Shown here in pieces: positions 15,001-30,000 of a stretch of 64,000 nucleotides of DNA. A program made the position numbers and the translations under genes. Positions within the stretch are counted from its first letter, which is position 1, and every line of letters begins with the position of its first letter. Origin of the DNA: Lingula anatina (Eukaryota; Animalia; Brachiopoda); the NCBI GenBank assembly GCA_051362555.1, contig CM120641.1, positions 35,966,401 through 36,030,400 on the forward strand, given 5' to 3'. A model generated the notes under the pieces. That model worked only from the letters and a program-made list of their open reading frames with translations. It did no database searches and was not told the DNA's origin.

Positions 15001-18000
15001 TCCACTCCCGTATTCAGTAGGCTGCTCATAGTCTCCATAGGACTGCCCAGCATGCTGGGTATATCCACCACGCCCACCCAGACCCCCATGGGAACCTCCT
15101 GAACCTCCAGTGTTGTTCTGTATCCCTGCTCCTACCCCCTGACCTGGTGCCATGCCACGCCCACTGGAGTCTATCAAACCATTGTAATCTACTTCTATGG
15201 AGTGGGCTGTGGGGAAAAGAAATGTGCTACATTGTAAAATAGACTCTACTTTGAGTAATTCAAAATTATCTATTTCTAAAGACAAGATAATGAGGAGAGG
15301 AGAGAGTGTTAGTAGATGATTTTCACATTCATAGTGGCAAAGCTGTTGTTGAGATATAATGCACTAAGACCTGTCACTATAATTTGTACATTTATACAAA
15401 AACAAAGACAGTGTATATATATATATTACATTATTAAGATTCTTCCCTCTTCAGCCAATCTCTATCCGATTTGCTAGCTTTACCTTTCAAATACATCTTG
15501 TTGGTGGTCAATGTCCCACCTCCTCTGACCACAAATGCCCCAGTGACATTCATCACCAAGTGAGTGGAGATATCGGGGCTGCCATGGTAGCTCCATGTGC
15601 CACCTTCTAACAATGTTACTCTGTCCAGCACTGCCACGCTCTCCTCAGCTGAGTTGATCATGGCCGGTGGGTAGTAATTCACCCTTCCTGAGAGGGCAAT
15701 GTCCAGCTCTTGAACACCATTTAATAAGCCGGAATGGAGGTTGAGGGTCACACCTTTCAGGTAGCATAATTGTGGGAGGGATACTGTGCCATTCTGAAAC
15801 AAGCGGGGGTTTTTTTATTTATTGCGGACTATTTATTTATGAGGTTCATTTCTACAGTTACTATGATAGGTTAAATTTCCCAAGTAAATTTCCAAGATCT
15901 GACTTTTTATTATTTCTTATGCAACTACTTTCAATTTTTATAGCAAATATGTAGCTGAAAGAATACAATAAGAGAAAATTACCAATTGCAAATGTTAAAC
16001 GAAATAATAATTCTAAAGTTAAATCTAAACGAAAACCATCAAACATGGGTTCATAAATAAGGGAGTTAAGCCAAACATACCCTATATAGATTTATATTAA
16101 AAGGCAGATGTGAGGAGGCATTGGAAGCCATCTCCAGTTGTGTATGTGCCAGACCCTCCCACCAGCCTGTCTTGTCTCCAGCTACATCTCCTACCCACAG
16201 GTATGCTGATTCCAGGGCCCAGGGCTCTGGTACCAAAGCAACATGGGCATGGCCACCAAGGTCTAACAGATCCACAACATGGATACTGGTGTCATTTGAG
16301 ACTGGGATCCATGTTTTTCTTGACTGGAATAAAAAGACAAGTGCACACCAAATTTAGTGCACAGGTGTGTTTTCATATGTGTATACTGATGCATTATCTA
16401 GAAGAGGTAAAAAAAGTCTTAAGACCTGCAATAACATCATATAAATTTTCTGAAAAAATGAATACAAACAGGCAAACCTGTCCATGTTTTTCATATATAT
16501 GATATACAATTCAACATACAAACTGTTTCTAATTTTGTTTATCAATTTTTAACCTACCCCACTACCATAGAAATTATAAATCCTCAATGTTCTAGGTTGG
16601 TTCTCTCCAAGTTGGTGGTACAAAGTCCCAGAGCCTCCTGCCTCTCCTCCTGACGATCCTCTTCCTCCATGTGTGGCAAAATCTCCTTTGAAGAAGCTCT
16701 TGGTGGCAAACACTGCCATTCTTCCACCTGAGCCTCCATTGTAACCAGATCCACCTTTTACCTACAAAAAACAACACAGACAGATGCTTATGAATTTAAA
16801 TATTAATCATTTTCCAATTCTTAAAAATTGCAAACATTGGCTGTCAAAGGAAAATTTCAAATGTGTTAAGAAACAACCTTAACATTATTACACTGCACAA
16901 TGGAATAAAGACCTCCTCCTTGAGCATATTGAATAATTGCTGTTTCAAAAGTTTTTTGCTGCTGGGTAAACAGACGTTTCATCAGTGGACCATATTATAT
17001 ATATAATCCACAAAATCTTTCATGTCATTTCAGTTTTCAATTTTCTAAAAAATGCACTTCAAGACTATTTACATCTCTTTCTTGCAATTTGGCCAAGAAT
17101 GCAAAATAGTAGCCTCAAAGATATCACAATCACCTCAAATCTACCCATCCCTTCCAACTTGTTTGTCCTGATGAGCATGCTTCCACCACTGCCTCCACCA
17201 CTGTGTTCAGTACAACTGGCAGTCCCCACAGGTACTGCCTCCCCATTGGCTGTGATCTGACCTTCAACTCTGAGCTGACCAGTCACGTTCAGGTGCAAGA
17301 TACCACCACCACTGCCACCTATGTGTAAATACAGACAGTAATACACCAAAGTCTTTAGAAATGTTTGTTTTCTTGTTACTTGAATTTGGATTGTTACTTA
17401 AAAAGTCTAAACAGTTACTTGCACAAGCCACTAGAAAATAAAAGCATGATGAAATATTCTTGAAGAAATTGCCTAAATCAAGAAAATTATACTCAAATTG
17501 AATAAGCACGATTCCAGACTTTGCAATATAGCTAGAATCTGACGTTTTACCTCTACAGTAGACATTTCCTCTCCCACCACCACTCCCAAACTCCCTGGGA
17601 TCAGTGAAGGAACCATATGCCTTAGACAGTGGACTGTTGACAGCACCACCCTCCCCTCCATGACTGCCTCCAGAACCATAACTGCCCAGTGTCTGACCAG
17701 CACCCAGTCCAGCTAGAGGAGACAGCATTGTAAATCAATTGTTTTAATATTCCTTTAATACAAAAATAAAATAGCTACAGACTAACAAAATACTGCGAAA
17801 TGAATAAATACTCTCTTAAAGATATAATGATTATCTATCACAGTAGTTTTCTATGCACAAAAATTGAAAAGGAAACATTCTAAATTAATGAAATATTTTT
17901 AATTATTTCTTAAAAGAAATAATTATGTTGTTGTCATAGGTATGCAAAAGGCACACTCATGATTTTACTTTGATACACATTTTCAAGAATATAAAAATAC

Positions 18001-21000
18001 AAAATGGGAGACAAAAAAAAAGAAAGAAAATTTAAAACCATGCATACACTTGGACTCCCTAGTACTAAGTACTGTGTACTAAGTCCAGTACACATTAATG
18101 TGAATTACAATTCAGTTCATTCTCATACCTTCACTACCATGGCCATAGCCATCTGCGTGTATGCTTCCCATTACGTCAACTGTGACGTTCTCTACATTCA
18201 GCTCCATGAAGGCAGACATCAACTTCCCACCAGCAAATACATGCAGCAGGCGCCCCTCCATGATACGCTTGTTTTTGCCATTGTGAGCCAAAATGGTGCC
18301 AAAATTTCTGATGTTGATAGTATTGAACTTGACGATGTCAATGACCTTTCCATCAATATCCACCATTTCATGAATGTTGAGGGTGCCTTAAAAACAAACA
18401 TTTTTCTTCAAGCAACTCAGATTATAAAAACAGGTACCATGAAATATTTTCAATAAGATGTAAAGTTACTTTTCTTGCATAAAAAACAAATGAGCTTTTT
18501 ATAATGTGATGTGTTTTCATGAGGTTGCTTAAACAAATATAGTAACTGTAATAATAAATATAAAAATAGTTACCTCCATCCACTATGGTCATGTTCTCCA
18601 CATTCTCAAGCACCCCCTCCACACTGACGGTCACTCCAGCCACTCTGAGGTCACCCAGCATCAAGGAGTGACCACCACGGTAAATAAACAGGTCCATTGG
18701 TATCTTCCCAGCAGTCACATACAGAGACTGGTTGGAGCCAACATGCATCCTAGCACTGCGGTCAGAGTGGATAGAGCCTATCCTAACACTGAGGTGCTCG
18801 TGGGGGGTTTCAGGGTTGACAAACCCCACCTGGGCCCCACCATACAGATGCAATTCATCCAATAGAAGATGATCACTGAAAGAATGGCTGGGGGTATTTC
18901 TCCTGGATATTTCAGAATGCTCAGTTGGCATCAACCATAATGTTGAAGATGCTTTAGTGATGTCTCCATATGCTGTGGAAATATTCTTGCTGTCCGGATT
19001 CAATGGTGTTCTGCCCATGTTGTTGACATATAGAGTTCTGTTGGTTTTGGGCTGGATGACATTGGAATCGTGTGTGATCCTGGCTTCCTCACTGGTGGCA
19101 TCAAGGAAGTATGTCTCATTGTCAGGCACCAGTTTGTACAGATACACTGTACCAGGTCCACCGGGTTCATAGCCATTGCCTCCAACAGCTCTGAACTCAC
19201 CTAAATACAAAATGTAAGAAAGTAAATGGTAAGACAGAAAATGTAATTTTCAAAGAAGTACTTTTCATAAACATTTGATTCAAAGAAGTCAAATGTTTTT
19301 TTAGTAATAAGTACAGTTGTTTAGAAACCCATATAAAAAGACCTACATTTTACTTACAATATCGGCAATGATTGCTTATAACTATTGATTTCTTATCAAG
19401 GTTCTGTACTCGGCCCCATCCTGTTCACTCTCTACACGTCACCAATTGAGGACATTGTCTCTGAGTACGGTTTTAACCTTATGCTCTATGCAGACGACTC
19501 ACAAATTTATATTGTTTGCGACAGGCCATCAGATGTAATACCATCTATCCAGAAATGTATTATTCAGTTGAGCCAATGGCTTAATGCCAATTCACTTGTT
19601 TTCAATGATGGCAAAACAGAAGTAGTTCACTTTACTTCTCGTTTTTCTAAGGATGCGGAAAAACTAGAACTATTAGAAATTGGAAACAGTACAGTCACGG
19701 TAAAAGATGAGGTTAAAAACCTTGGAGTAATTTTTGATAATAGGTGCGATATGGCTGCCGACATCAGCAAAAAATGCAAAGCCGCTTTCTATGGTCTTAA
19801 AAAAATTTCCAAACTATCCCACATCCTTGATAAAAGTCAAATGGAGAGGCTTGTCCATGCCTTTATTACTTCACATCTTGACTACGGAAACAGTCTACTG
19901 TATGGTCTTCCTACCTATCAAATTGAAAAATTGCAATCTGTCCAAAATGCTGCAGCACGACTACTGACCAAAATCCCTCTCAGATCAAACATTTCACCCA
20001 TTTTATTCGAACTACATTGGCTTCCTGTACGACAGAGAATTGTTTTTAAATTACTGTTGTTTGTTTTTAAATTCACTAGAGGTGAATGCCCCTCATATTT
20101 TAACTCGATGCTACATCCAAGTACACCCAGTCTCACCAGGTCTACCAGATCCACCTCCACTCCTTGTTTTATCAGAAATGATAATAAAAAAACAACCAAA
20201 ACCTACGGCCACAGGGCATTTTCAATTTCAGCACCAATTTTATGGAATCAATTACCCTCACACATTCGGACTATTGACAGTGTTGAGGTTTTTAAAAAAG
20301 ATTTAAAAACATTCTTATTTGCACAGTATTTTAATTAATATCTTCTCATTTTATCAGAAAAAAAGTTTTATTGTTCAGACCATTACTATTTTAACCAGTT
20401 TTAATTATTTTAATTGTTTTTTTTTTTTTTTTTACCTTAGCTTTTATGATATATATAATAAGTTGTAATCCTAATAATTTTACCTGTAAACAGCACTGAG
20501 ACGCTAGTGTAGTGCGGTTTTAAGAAATAAATATTATTATAAAATATTATATTATATTTTAGTGGCAATTTCACCAGGAATTTCACCTACCAGTACATTT
20601 CTTAGTACACAAATATGCGATCTAAACACATGGACCCAGTTTTATAAAGGACGTTAAGCACTAACCAGTGGATAAGCCTAACCAGGGGATAAATTCCCCT
20701 AACACCCATTAACTAAAAGATGGTTAAAATGTGTTTTATATACAGTCTTCTGACGGAAAACAGCCAATTAGTTAACTGGCCAGTGTTTAACTGGATTAAA
20801 TAATTATCTAAAGGTCAGTTTACTAACAGACTATTTAGGTCTGGTTAGAGTTAAACACTGGTTAGTGCTAAACGTCCTTTATAAAACTGGGCCATGGTTT
20901 GTAACATACCTAGATAATGATTATAAACATGGTAGACAGCAATCCTTCCTCCAGAGCCCCCTCCACCAATTTGCCCATCTCCATCTCCTCCTGAGGACTC

Positions 21001-24000
21001 TATTACACCATCCCCATGTACTGTAGGGGCTTCTATCCATATACTACCAGCACTTCCTCCTCCAGACCGAGCAGATGTCCATCCTCCACCATTTGCTCTA
21101 AGAAATCCATCCACCGTGAGAGTATCAGTCACATTCAACAGCAGACGACCACCACCAGCGCCACCTATGAAAGGGAAAATAGCCCAGCCACCATCTTTTC
21201 CAAAACTGGTGGGTTTTGCAAAGAAACCGTGTGCTCCCCCTACTGCTGACTGTGATCTGCCAAGACCTCCAGTGCTACCATGGCCTGCACCTGAGCAACC
21301 TTTACTGCTTATTGAACCAGATACACAGGTGCCTACTCCTGCTCCTGGAAAAATGGATTTCAATTTTTCAGTAAAGAAACATCCTTAAATATCTAAAAGA
21401 CAGACTGATAAAAATTTCACTGAAAACTATTAAAACAGTGTTGATCTTTCAGTGGGAAACATTTTTCTAACAAAACAGTGTAGTACTATAATTGTGTACA
21501 AAGAGGGGTAAATAAAACTATACATTTTCTTCTTTAAAAAAAATTTTATCAGTAACATGATGTCAAAAGTTCAGAATTTATATACCGGTTGTAGCCACAG
21601 TTCTGGGTGCTGCACCATCCACCAGCAAGTATCCCTCAGGTTCTATTGTAATATTAGTGAAGTGCAATGCCAAGTCATTTGACCTCAACTGCAACAATGG
21701 ACAAAAATCAATTTGTGTTCTGAATTTTATTATGAATTTATATCAATATTAAAGTTCCTAATTTTTTTCTCACCACAAATATATAGTTTCAACTTTAATT
21801 CTTCAGCAAGCATTTCAAATACACAAATAATGGTACATGTAATTCTATATTCTGCAAAGTCTTATAAATCAATGTTTTATTTTAACATTAATATGGGTCT
21901 TTTGCACACAAAATCAGAATAGGAAACTGGAGATGCACAAGTTTCAAAATGACACAACATATACCAGTTAAAACCTTTAATTATATTACCTTTCCTCCAC
22001 TTCTGATATGGAGAGTGGAACCTTCCAAAGTGGTAGTTGCCACCATGTTAGTTACCACATCCATTTCACCAAAGGTCTTGACATCAATGTTATGAATTCT
22101 GGTAGTGCTGACAATCTGGTGATCCAGGGTGACTCTGCAGTAAGAACTCACTGTCAGGTTGTTCATGGGCCCAAAATGACCTGGAATACAGATCACACAT
22201 TACCAAACAAGGCTTAACTCAAATATTGCACAATGGTCAGTCAGAAAACTTCAAGGTGTTTAATTGGATTCCACTGAATTTTCACAATATTACAATTACT
22301 ACATGCACTAATTTTCTAAGCTCTATCAAGTTTATGGACTTATTAAAAATGCCTTAAACACTTCAAGTATCAACACCATTGATGTAAATGATACTATACC
22401 TTTGATACTAATGTCCACATTTTTACAGTCTAGTCTGAGTGGCAGAGTGACATTAGAATCCCTCCATGCCACCACAGAGAATGGCATCAACCCTCTGGAC
22501 AGTGAGGTGTGGAAGCCCTGAGTGGACCGCATGGTCAGTTGACCAGTCTTGTCCCCACTGATGGAGTGGACAGTTAGTGTGGAATTGTCACCCGTTATAC
22601 TCAGTTTACTGCCGCCATTGATGTGGAGCTGAAATAATGGCATTGCTGACATACACTATTGAAAGTTTGGCTGAATTGTACATCATTGAGGTAGATATGT
22701 TATAGACTGCCAATATGAAAATGTCATACTACGTAATTCAAATGTGAATTAGCACAACCCACTTATATATGTTCGTCCCTGATAGTCTCTATTCTAACTA
22801 TCCTTAAAAATCATTTATAATTTGTTATTGGTAAAAATCATAATATATAAACTTCTTTAAGTCTTTGAACCACATGATTATCAAATATTTCTCTGTTTTA
22901 AACATTCCAACATCCGATTAATAAACACATAAATTAGTGCTTATATTACCTCATCTAGTGTGTATTTACTGTCCTGTTCATCCTCAGTGACAATCCAGGC
23001 ATGTGGACCCCCCATGTTAACAGGGCCTTGGGCTGTGCTGTCAGGATCCTCACTCACATAGATCTCTAATTCATTCAGAGCTGCATAACCATGGAGAGCA
23101 GACAGGGATACTACCACCTGAAGGGAATTTATTGAAAGATGTGAAAAAGGAAAAAGTTTCATCAGGCATTCTTCCTTCAGGGGTAACTGTTTGGTATGTT
23201 TCAATTTTTGGGTTGTAAAAGCACTGCAGGAAATTCCAAGTTACATATTTTCCTTCTAGTTACTTTACACTTTTTACATTAGACTTTTTGTAATGTTTCT
23301 TTTTTAGATGTTTCTTTTTTTTTACAAGCTTTTGATGCTATTTAACAGAATGTATAGTCTTTATCTACAAAATTTAAGATAGAAATACATGAAAAAACCT
23401 TAAATTATCAAATCATTAAGTTACATAAGGAATAAAGAGAAATCAGCAGGTTAAAAGTTCATTCTTTTCTCATGTTTATGCTCACCTCTTCCACCCACTG
23501 GTTCACTCGCACTGTCATATATTGGTTGGGTTTGGTCTGTGTCTCACAGCCCTGGACATTGACAAAGCCATTGGTCTTCATGACACTGGTCTGGCCGTGA
23601 GCTACACTGATTCTGAAGTTGGTCTCAAGTCTAAAATATTCAAAAAGGGAAATATCGGTGAACCAGTGATGGAGAAAAGTTCATTTATATGGCCTGTCTT
23701 GGATATGAGACAAACATTTACTCCACGATTCCATAAGAGCACAATGGGGTATTTTTTGGCTTCACAGTGGGGAACTGATCAATGAGAATGTTTGATTTTG
23801 ATCTGTTTAATTTTCTTTACCATTCCTATTTTCTTTAAAAGTGAATCACATTAAGTACCATATTACTTATACTTGGGCTTAGAGAAGATCTATATCTCTT
23901 CAACAAAGGCAAAGAGAAAACCAGTTCACTCACCCACCACACTGAGGATGAACTCTCAGATGATCAATGTAAAGTGCTTGAGGAAGTTCAAAGGTCAAAT

Positions 24001-27000
24001 CCACATTAGAACTAGTAGAACGGAAATATTTCGTGCCATCCATTCCTGATCCAGAAAACATATTGTTCATAGTGTAATATCTGTAGTTGTTACTGCTTAT
24101 ATATTCCCTGAATATTGGTCCTGTGGAAGTGACTTTGATGCCTCCATGTGTGTACATTATCTGTTTATTGTAATATGGATCAGGATTAATGTGCATGTCC
24201 AGTTTTTCAATTTCCACAGCCCGGGAGTATTTTGGTGACTGCCCATTGTCCACAAATAAAGAACGCATGACAGATGAAGAATTGCTGTTGTCTTGGAAGT
24301 ATATTGTCCCAGGTCCACCAGACTTGGCTCCACCTACTCCGCCCCTTGACTGGAGCTGACCAATGAAAACATGGTGCCCTGTGTGATAGACAGCTATACG
24401 CCCTCCTCCTCCACCTCCACCAGAACTGGCAACACCTGTTTACAAATTTCATTGTTACAATTTCTAATCATTGAATTTAACAGAACTACCTCAAAATGTA
24501 TAACCCCAACCATAAAGAATAAGAACACTATTTATTTTAATGATTAATAGAGTAAATAAAATGGGCATCATTCTTAAAAGAAATTATTATTTATGAGATG
24601 GTTCCAAATATGGTACATTGTAATAATAATAATAATAATATTTATTTCTTAAAACCGCACTACACCAGCGTCTCAGTGCTGTTTACAGGTAAAATTATTA
24701 GGATTACAACTTATTATATATATAATAAAAGCTAAGATAAAAAAAAAAAACAATTAAAATAATTAAAACTGGTTAAAATAGTAATGGTCTGAACAATAAA
24801 ACTTTTTTTCTGATAAAATGAGAAGATATTAATTAAAATACTGTGCAAATAAAAATGTTTTTAAATCTTTTTTAAAAACCTCAACACTGTCAATAGTCCG
24901 AATGTGTGAGGGTAATTGATTCCATAAAATTGGTGCTGAAATTGAAAATGCCCTGTGGCCGTAGGTTTTGGTTGTTTTTTTATTATCATTTCTGATAAAA
25001 CAAGGAGTGGAGGTGGATCTGGTAGACCTGGTGAGACTGGGTGTACTTGGATGTAGCATCGAGTTAAAATATGAGGGGCATTCACCTCTAGTGAATTTAA
25101 AAACAAACAACAGTAATTTAAAAACAATTCTCTGTCGTACAGGAAGCCAATGTAGTTCGAATAAAATGGGTGAAATGTTTGATCTGAGAGGGATTTTGGT
25201 CAGTAGTCGTGCTGCAGCATTTTGGACAGATTGCAATTTTTCAATTTGATAGGTAGGAAGACCATACAATAGACTGTTTCCGTAGTCAAGATGTGAAGTT
25301 ATAAAGGCATGGACAAGCCTCTCCATTTGACTTTTATCAAGGATGTGAGATAGTTTGGAAATTTTTTTAAGACCATAGAAAGCGGCTTTGCATTTTTTGC
25401 TGATGTCGGCAGCCATATCGCACCTATTATCAAAAATTACTCCAAGGTTTTTAACCTCATCTTTTACCGTGACTGTACTGTTTCCAATTTCTAATAGTTC
25501 TAGTTTTTCCGCATCCTTAGAAAAACGAGAAGTAAAGTGAACTACTTCTGTTTTGCCATCATTGAAAACAAGTGAATTGGCATTAAGCCATTGGCTCAAC
25601 TGAATAATACATTTCTGGATAGATGGTATTACATCTGATGGCCTGTCGCAAACAATATAAATTTGTGAGTAAGCTTCCTAATGTTAAATGTATTTATGAA
25701 GAACAAGCCATTCTATGCAATCATTACCTTATAAATCATCTGCTATAAGTAAGATTCCACTGTGCAGAAGATGAAATTTTGAAGAGTAAATCTATTTATC
25801 TGTTTAAACTGTTGACAAACAAATCAATCTCTATGTTAAAAAATGCACAGATATTGAATTGCCAATAATTTCAATATGTAAATAATTACTGACATTACCT
25901 CCATTGACTTCAACAGTGCCACTTCCATCTAAGTCCTGTACACGGAGGATGATACTGCCGCCTGCACCACCTCCGCCAGTGGAGCTCTGACCAGCTTCTC
26001 CATTAGCATGCAGACGACCATCCACACGCAGCGTCTTAGATATCTCCATTAACAAGATTCCTAACAATGAAAGTAAATAATTCTCATTTCAAGAAAGGAA
26101 AGTTCAGCAAAACTTTGAGTCAAATTAAATTGCATTTTTACCGATCTATTCTAATTCGTACAAATCTTGTCAACATCTTATCAAGGAATAATACCAAAAG
26201 TGCTGAACCAAAACTGAGCACTAAAATTTGTATACACCGCTTTTTGTAACATTTCCTTTTCACCAGTTTCAAATCTTTACTTCTATAAACAAAAACTAGA
26301 GCCTTGACCTCCAAGAAAAGCAAATCCTTAAGATTTTTGTAAAACTTTAAAATAAACAGTGCAATCTTTAAGCATCAGATCCACATCATCAACCTGAATG
26401 AGCTTTATGAAGTAAAAAATTCAAAATTTCTGTATCATCATCATCATTATCATCATCACACTCACCCCCTCCTCTTCCTCCCTGTGCACTCCCTCCTCCA
26501 CTGCCTTTCTGTGTTGGAAGATACATAGAGCCATACCCTGGGGCTGAGTAGAACCCTCTTAGAGATCTCCCTCCGGCCCCACCATGTCCTCCACCCGAGC
26601 CACCTAAGTGACCAGTGGACATATCAAGTCCTCTCCCAAGACCCTGGCCAGGTCCATAGCCAGAATAATCAGCATGGAAATCACCTGGAATTATGTTACA
26701 CAATTTACCAATATTTACTTCAGGAATCAAACATGTTGCTTTTACACACAGAGGCACAGGCATGCACTGCCAAATTTAATGACTCTAACAGAAAGCATAA
26801 CTTAATTAGCAGACCCATCAAACTTATAAAATACAATATATTACAATAAATTCCCTATGCATTGTCCTAAAATACACATTTAATAGCAGATTATACTTAT
26901 CTTGGATTGTTTAACAAATACTTACCAGACATGTCAATAGTGAGGTTCTCTGCCTTAAAATGCAGATCATTGGTTCTCACATATCCTCCAGCATTAACCA

Positions 27001-30000
27001 CCATATTCCTAAGCTGCAGGGTCATTCTGTTGGCGCCATCTACAGTAAGCATCTCCAGTTTGCCGCCAGCTCGGACGCTCACATTTTCAGCAGTGTAAGT
27101 GCCGTCCAGTTGGCCTAAGGAGTGACCATATGACCACAAGTATAGTTCAGCTCTGTTTTCAATCCAGATGTCCACAACATTGGCCAGAGTTCCATTCACT
27201 TCCATCCAAACCTCTCGCATATGTACTCTACTGGGGACAGTAAGGGCACCATACCTGAAAGAGTACAAATTGTGTTTATTAGTTGACTTCTACTTTAACT
27301 AATATGTGCAATAAACTGTATTAAAATGATGTATTATATTTGTTATTTTCATCATATTTTTACTTAAAACAGATAAACAAATTATAACATTTATTTCTGC
27401 AAAAGAGTGGTCAAAAATTTATTATCTAGTAATATGGAGAGCACCACTAAGATAGAAAAATAATAAAAATAAATGCAAAAATGCAAAGAATATTTTGCAA
27501 GAGGCACATACACATATAACACATAAATTTTTTAAGAAACTGGCCACACTGGAAAATATCTAAAACCACTGCTTACCTGTAGACCAAGATGTTCACTGGC
27601 AGAAATATATCCAAATCTGAGAAGGCAAAATCTTGTCTCCTCCCAGCATGCAACACTCCACTGCGATCACCAAGCAACCGTCCAGCACGCACAGTGACCT
27701 CATCAGCTGATGTATTACTGAGAATAGCAACGTGGGCATTCCCATTTATGTGCATCTCATCAAATCCATAGTTATTACTATAATGTTCCAACCACGTGAC
27801 TCCTCCGACTGTGCTGATATCCCTGTAGTCTCCATCATGTATACCTCTGAGGTTGCCATTCTCATATACTTGTGCATATGGGTAGGGTTGTTTATGGTTG
27901 TCCACTTTCAGGGTTTTGTAGAGAACTGCCCTGCTGGATCTGTTGTATTTTTCCAGATAAATTGTTCCTGCACCGCCTGTCTCATAAGTACTTGCACCTA
28001 ATATAAAAAGGAAATAAATGATGTACTTATTTAGACTCATCAAACATATACCTTTGTTTTATACCTGTATTTATCATATTATGAGCATTCAGTTTTTTTT
28101 TTCAGTGTACCTAAACACTTCCTAATTTTTGTGTCTATAAATTTACCAATAAAAATCAAAATAGGCATATAAAACTCACCTCCATGAGCAGAAATTGTCC
28201 CATTAAATCTCTTAATGTTTTCATAGTAGACAGCAATTCTGCCCCCTGCTCCCCCTCCGCCATAGTTAACTCCTGATCCTCCATTAGCAGACATATAGCC
28301 ATAACCATCCAATTCTTCACAGTCAATCCAGATACTTCCTCCAGAGCCACCACCTGTAAATAATGAGGAAATTAAAGATATAATAATACACTAATGCTGC
28401 AGGATAATATCAAATAATATCAGAAAATAAATCATTGATATATTATAGTGATTAAATATGTACTTCTATAAAAAGCGCATAATTTACTTCAACTGATAAA
28501 TATCATCTATTAAAAACAGTATGTTTATACCACTGATATTTTTAATTCATTCTCAAAGCAGCACATGACACATCAGATTTTATGTTAATATAACAAACTG
28601 TCATACCGTCAGTTAGAATATAAAATCATTGTTACTAAGAAATCAGCTCTAATAAACCTATATATGTGACATATGAAACAAAATGTACATTTCTTAAACT
28701 TATAAAAATGAAAACAGAGAATCACAGGTTCTAAAAGTTCTTCTTTCCCACCATTATTACCTGCATCTTCATAGCTGACTGTCTCTCCATTCACAGAGAT
28801 TTTACCATCCAAAATGAAGTGTCTTGTCTGAATATATAGAGAGCCTCCGCCAGATCCTCCATAGCCTAAATATTCCAATGTGTTCCTGTATGGAGACTTT
28901 CCAAATATTAGAGTACCTGAAAGAATACATGAATGTTCAAAACATATCAAGTAAATCAAATATCACATAGAATGTTTTTATTCCAAATGTGAGAGGAATG
29001 GAATTAATATTGTTGCAGATTCAAAATTTTCCTAATCTGAAGTTCCAGGGAAACAAACAACTTAATAACATAGAACTCATTTACCTTTTCTCTCAACTAG
29101 TTGCAACTTAATTCATAACATAAAAACTGAGAATTTAGTGTATCCTTAGTAATTATAAGATATCAAGATAACCTTTGTCCCGCCCATGTCCTCCATTAGT
29201 ACCAAAGTCTGCAGGTTCATATATCGAGTCATGTGCCAAGCCAACATTTGAGTTTCCTCTTCCCCGCCCTCCGCTGCCACCATGACCACCTCCACTTCCA
29301 CCTGTGCTGCCACCTATCAAACAGCAGAAAAAGTAACTGATACACCTTTCTCTTTATTGTTTTGGTATTGTATACAAATGTGTATTATTTATATAATATT
29401 CCAAAATTCAATTGTAAACATGAATAGTTTATGGTCTAATTTTAATGTTTAATATTTAAAAATATTGAAAACCTAAGTTGTATTTTTTAGCCGTAAAAAA
29501 GTGCCGCCCTCATCTTTGACTTAAACACAAACAAAGCTCTACTTAATTAATTTCATACAATGGTGTTACATCTTGGTTAATGGATATTATTTGCTGATAG
29601 ATCTCACCATGTCCCTGTCCAGCATGTCTATCCAGGTCCATCAATTCATGGAAACCACCATGATCCAGATTAACCATGCCTCCAGAATACACAGCCAACA
29701 AGTGAGAAGCAGATATATTCAGTTTAGAGAACACTTTGAGGTGTCCTCCACCATACACCTAAAGAAACAAATAAAACTTCATACCAAGTCCATCCTACAT
29801 GCCTAGTAAAACTTTTTTTCATTAAATGATATCTACATATTTTTTCTGAGGGATGTATATCCATAGTAATATGTGATACAAAATTTAACCTAGCACTTTT
29901 TTTAGATTCTCAACCAAATGAAATGCCAGTGAAAGATGACTTAGAATATTTGTAACAACCTGCACCAAACATATTTATTCAGGTAACCCAAATCATTCAT

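Noticed and set aside
23655-23779. C/D-box-like GTGATG...CTGA segment
   Set aside because: Antisense to the host gene, imperfect C box, no convincing terminal stem or recognisable rRNA guide
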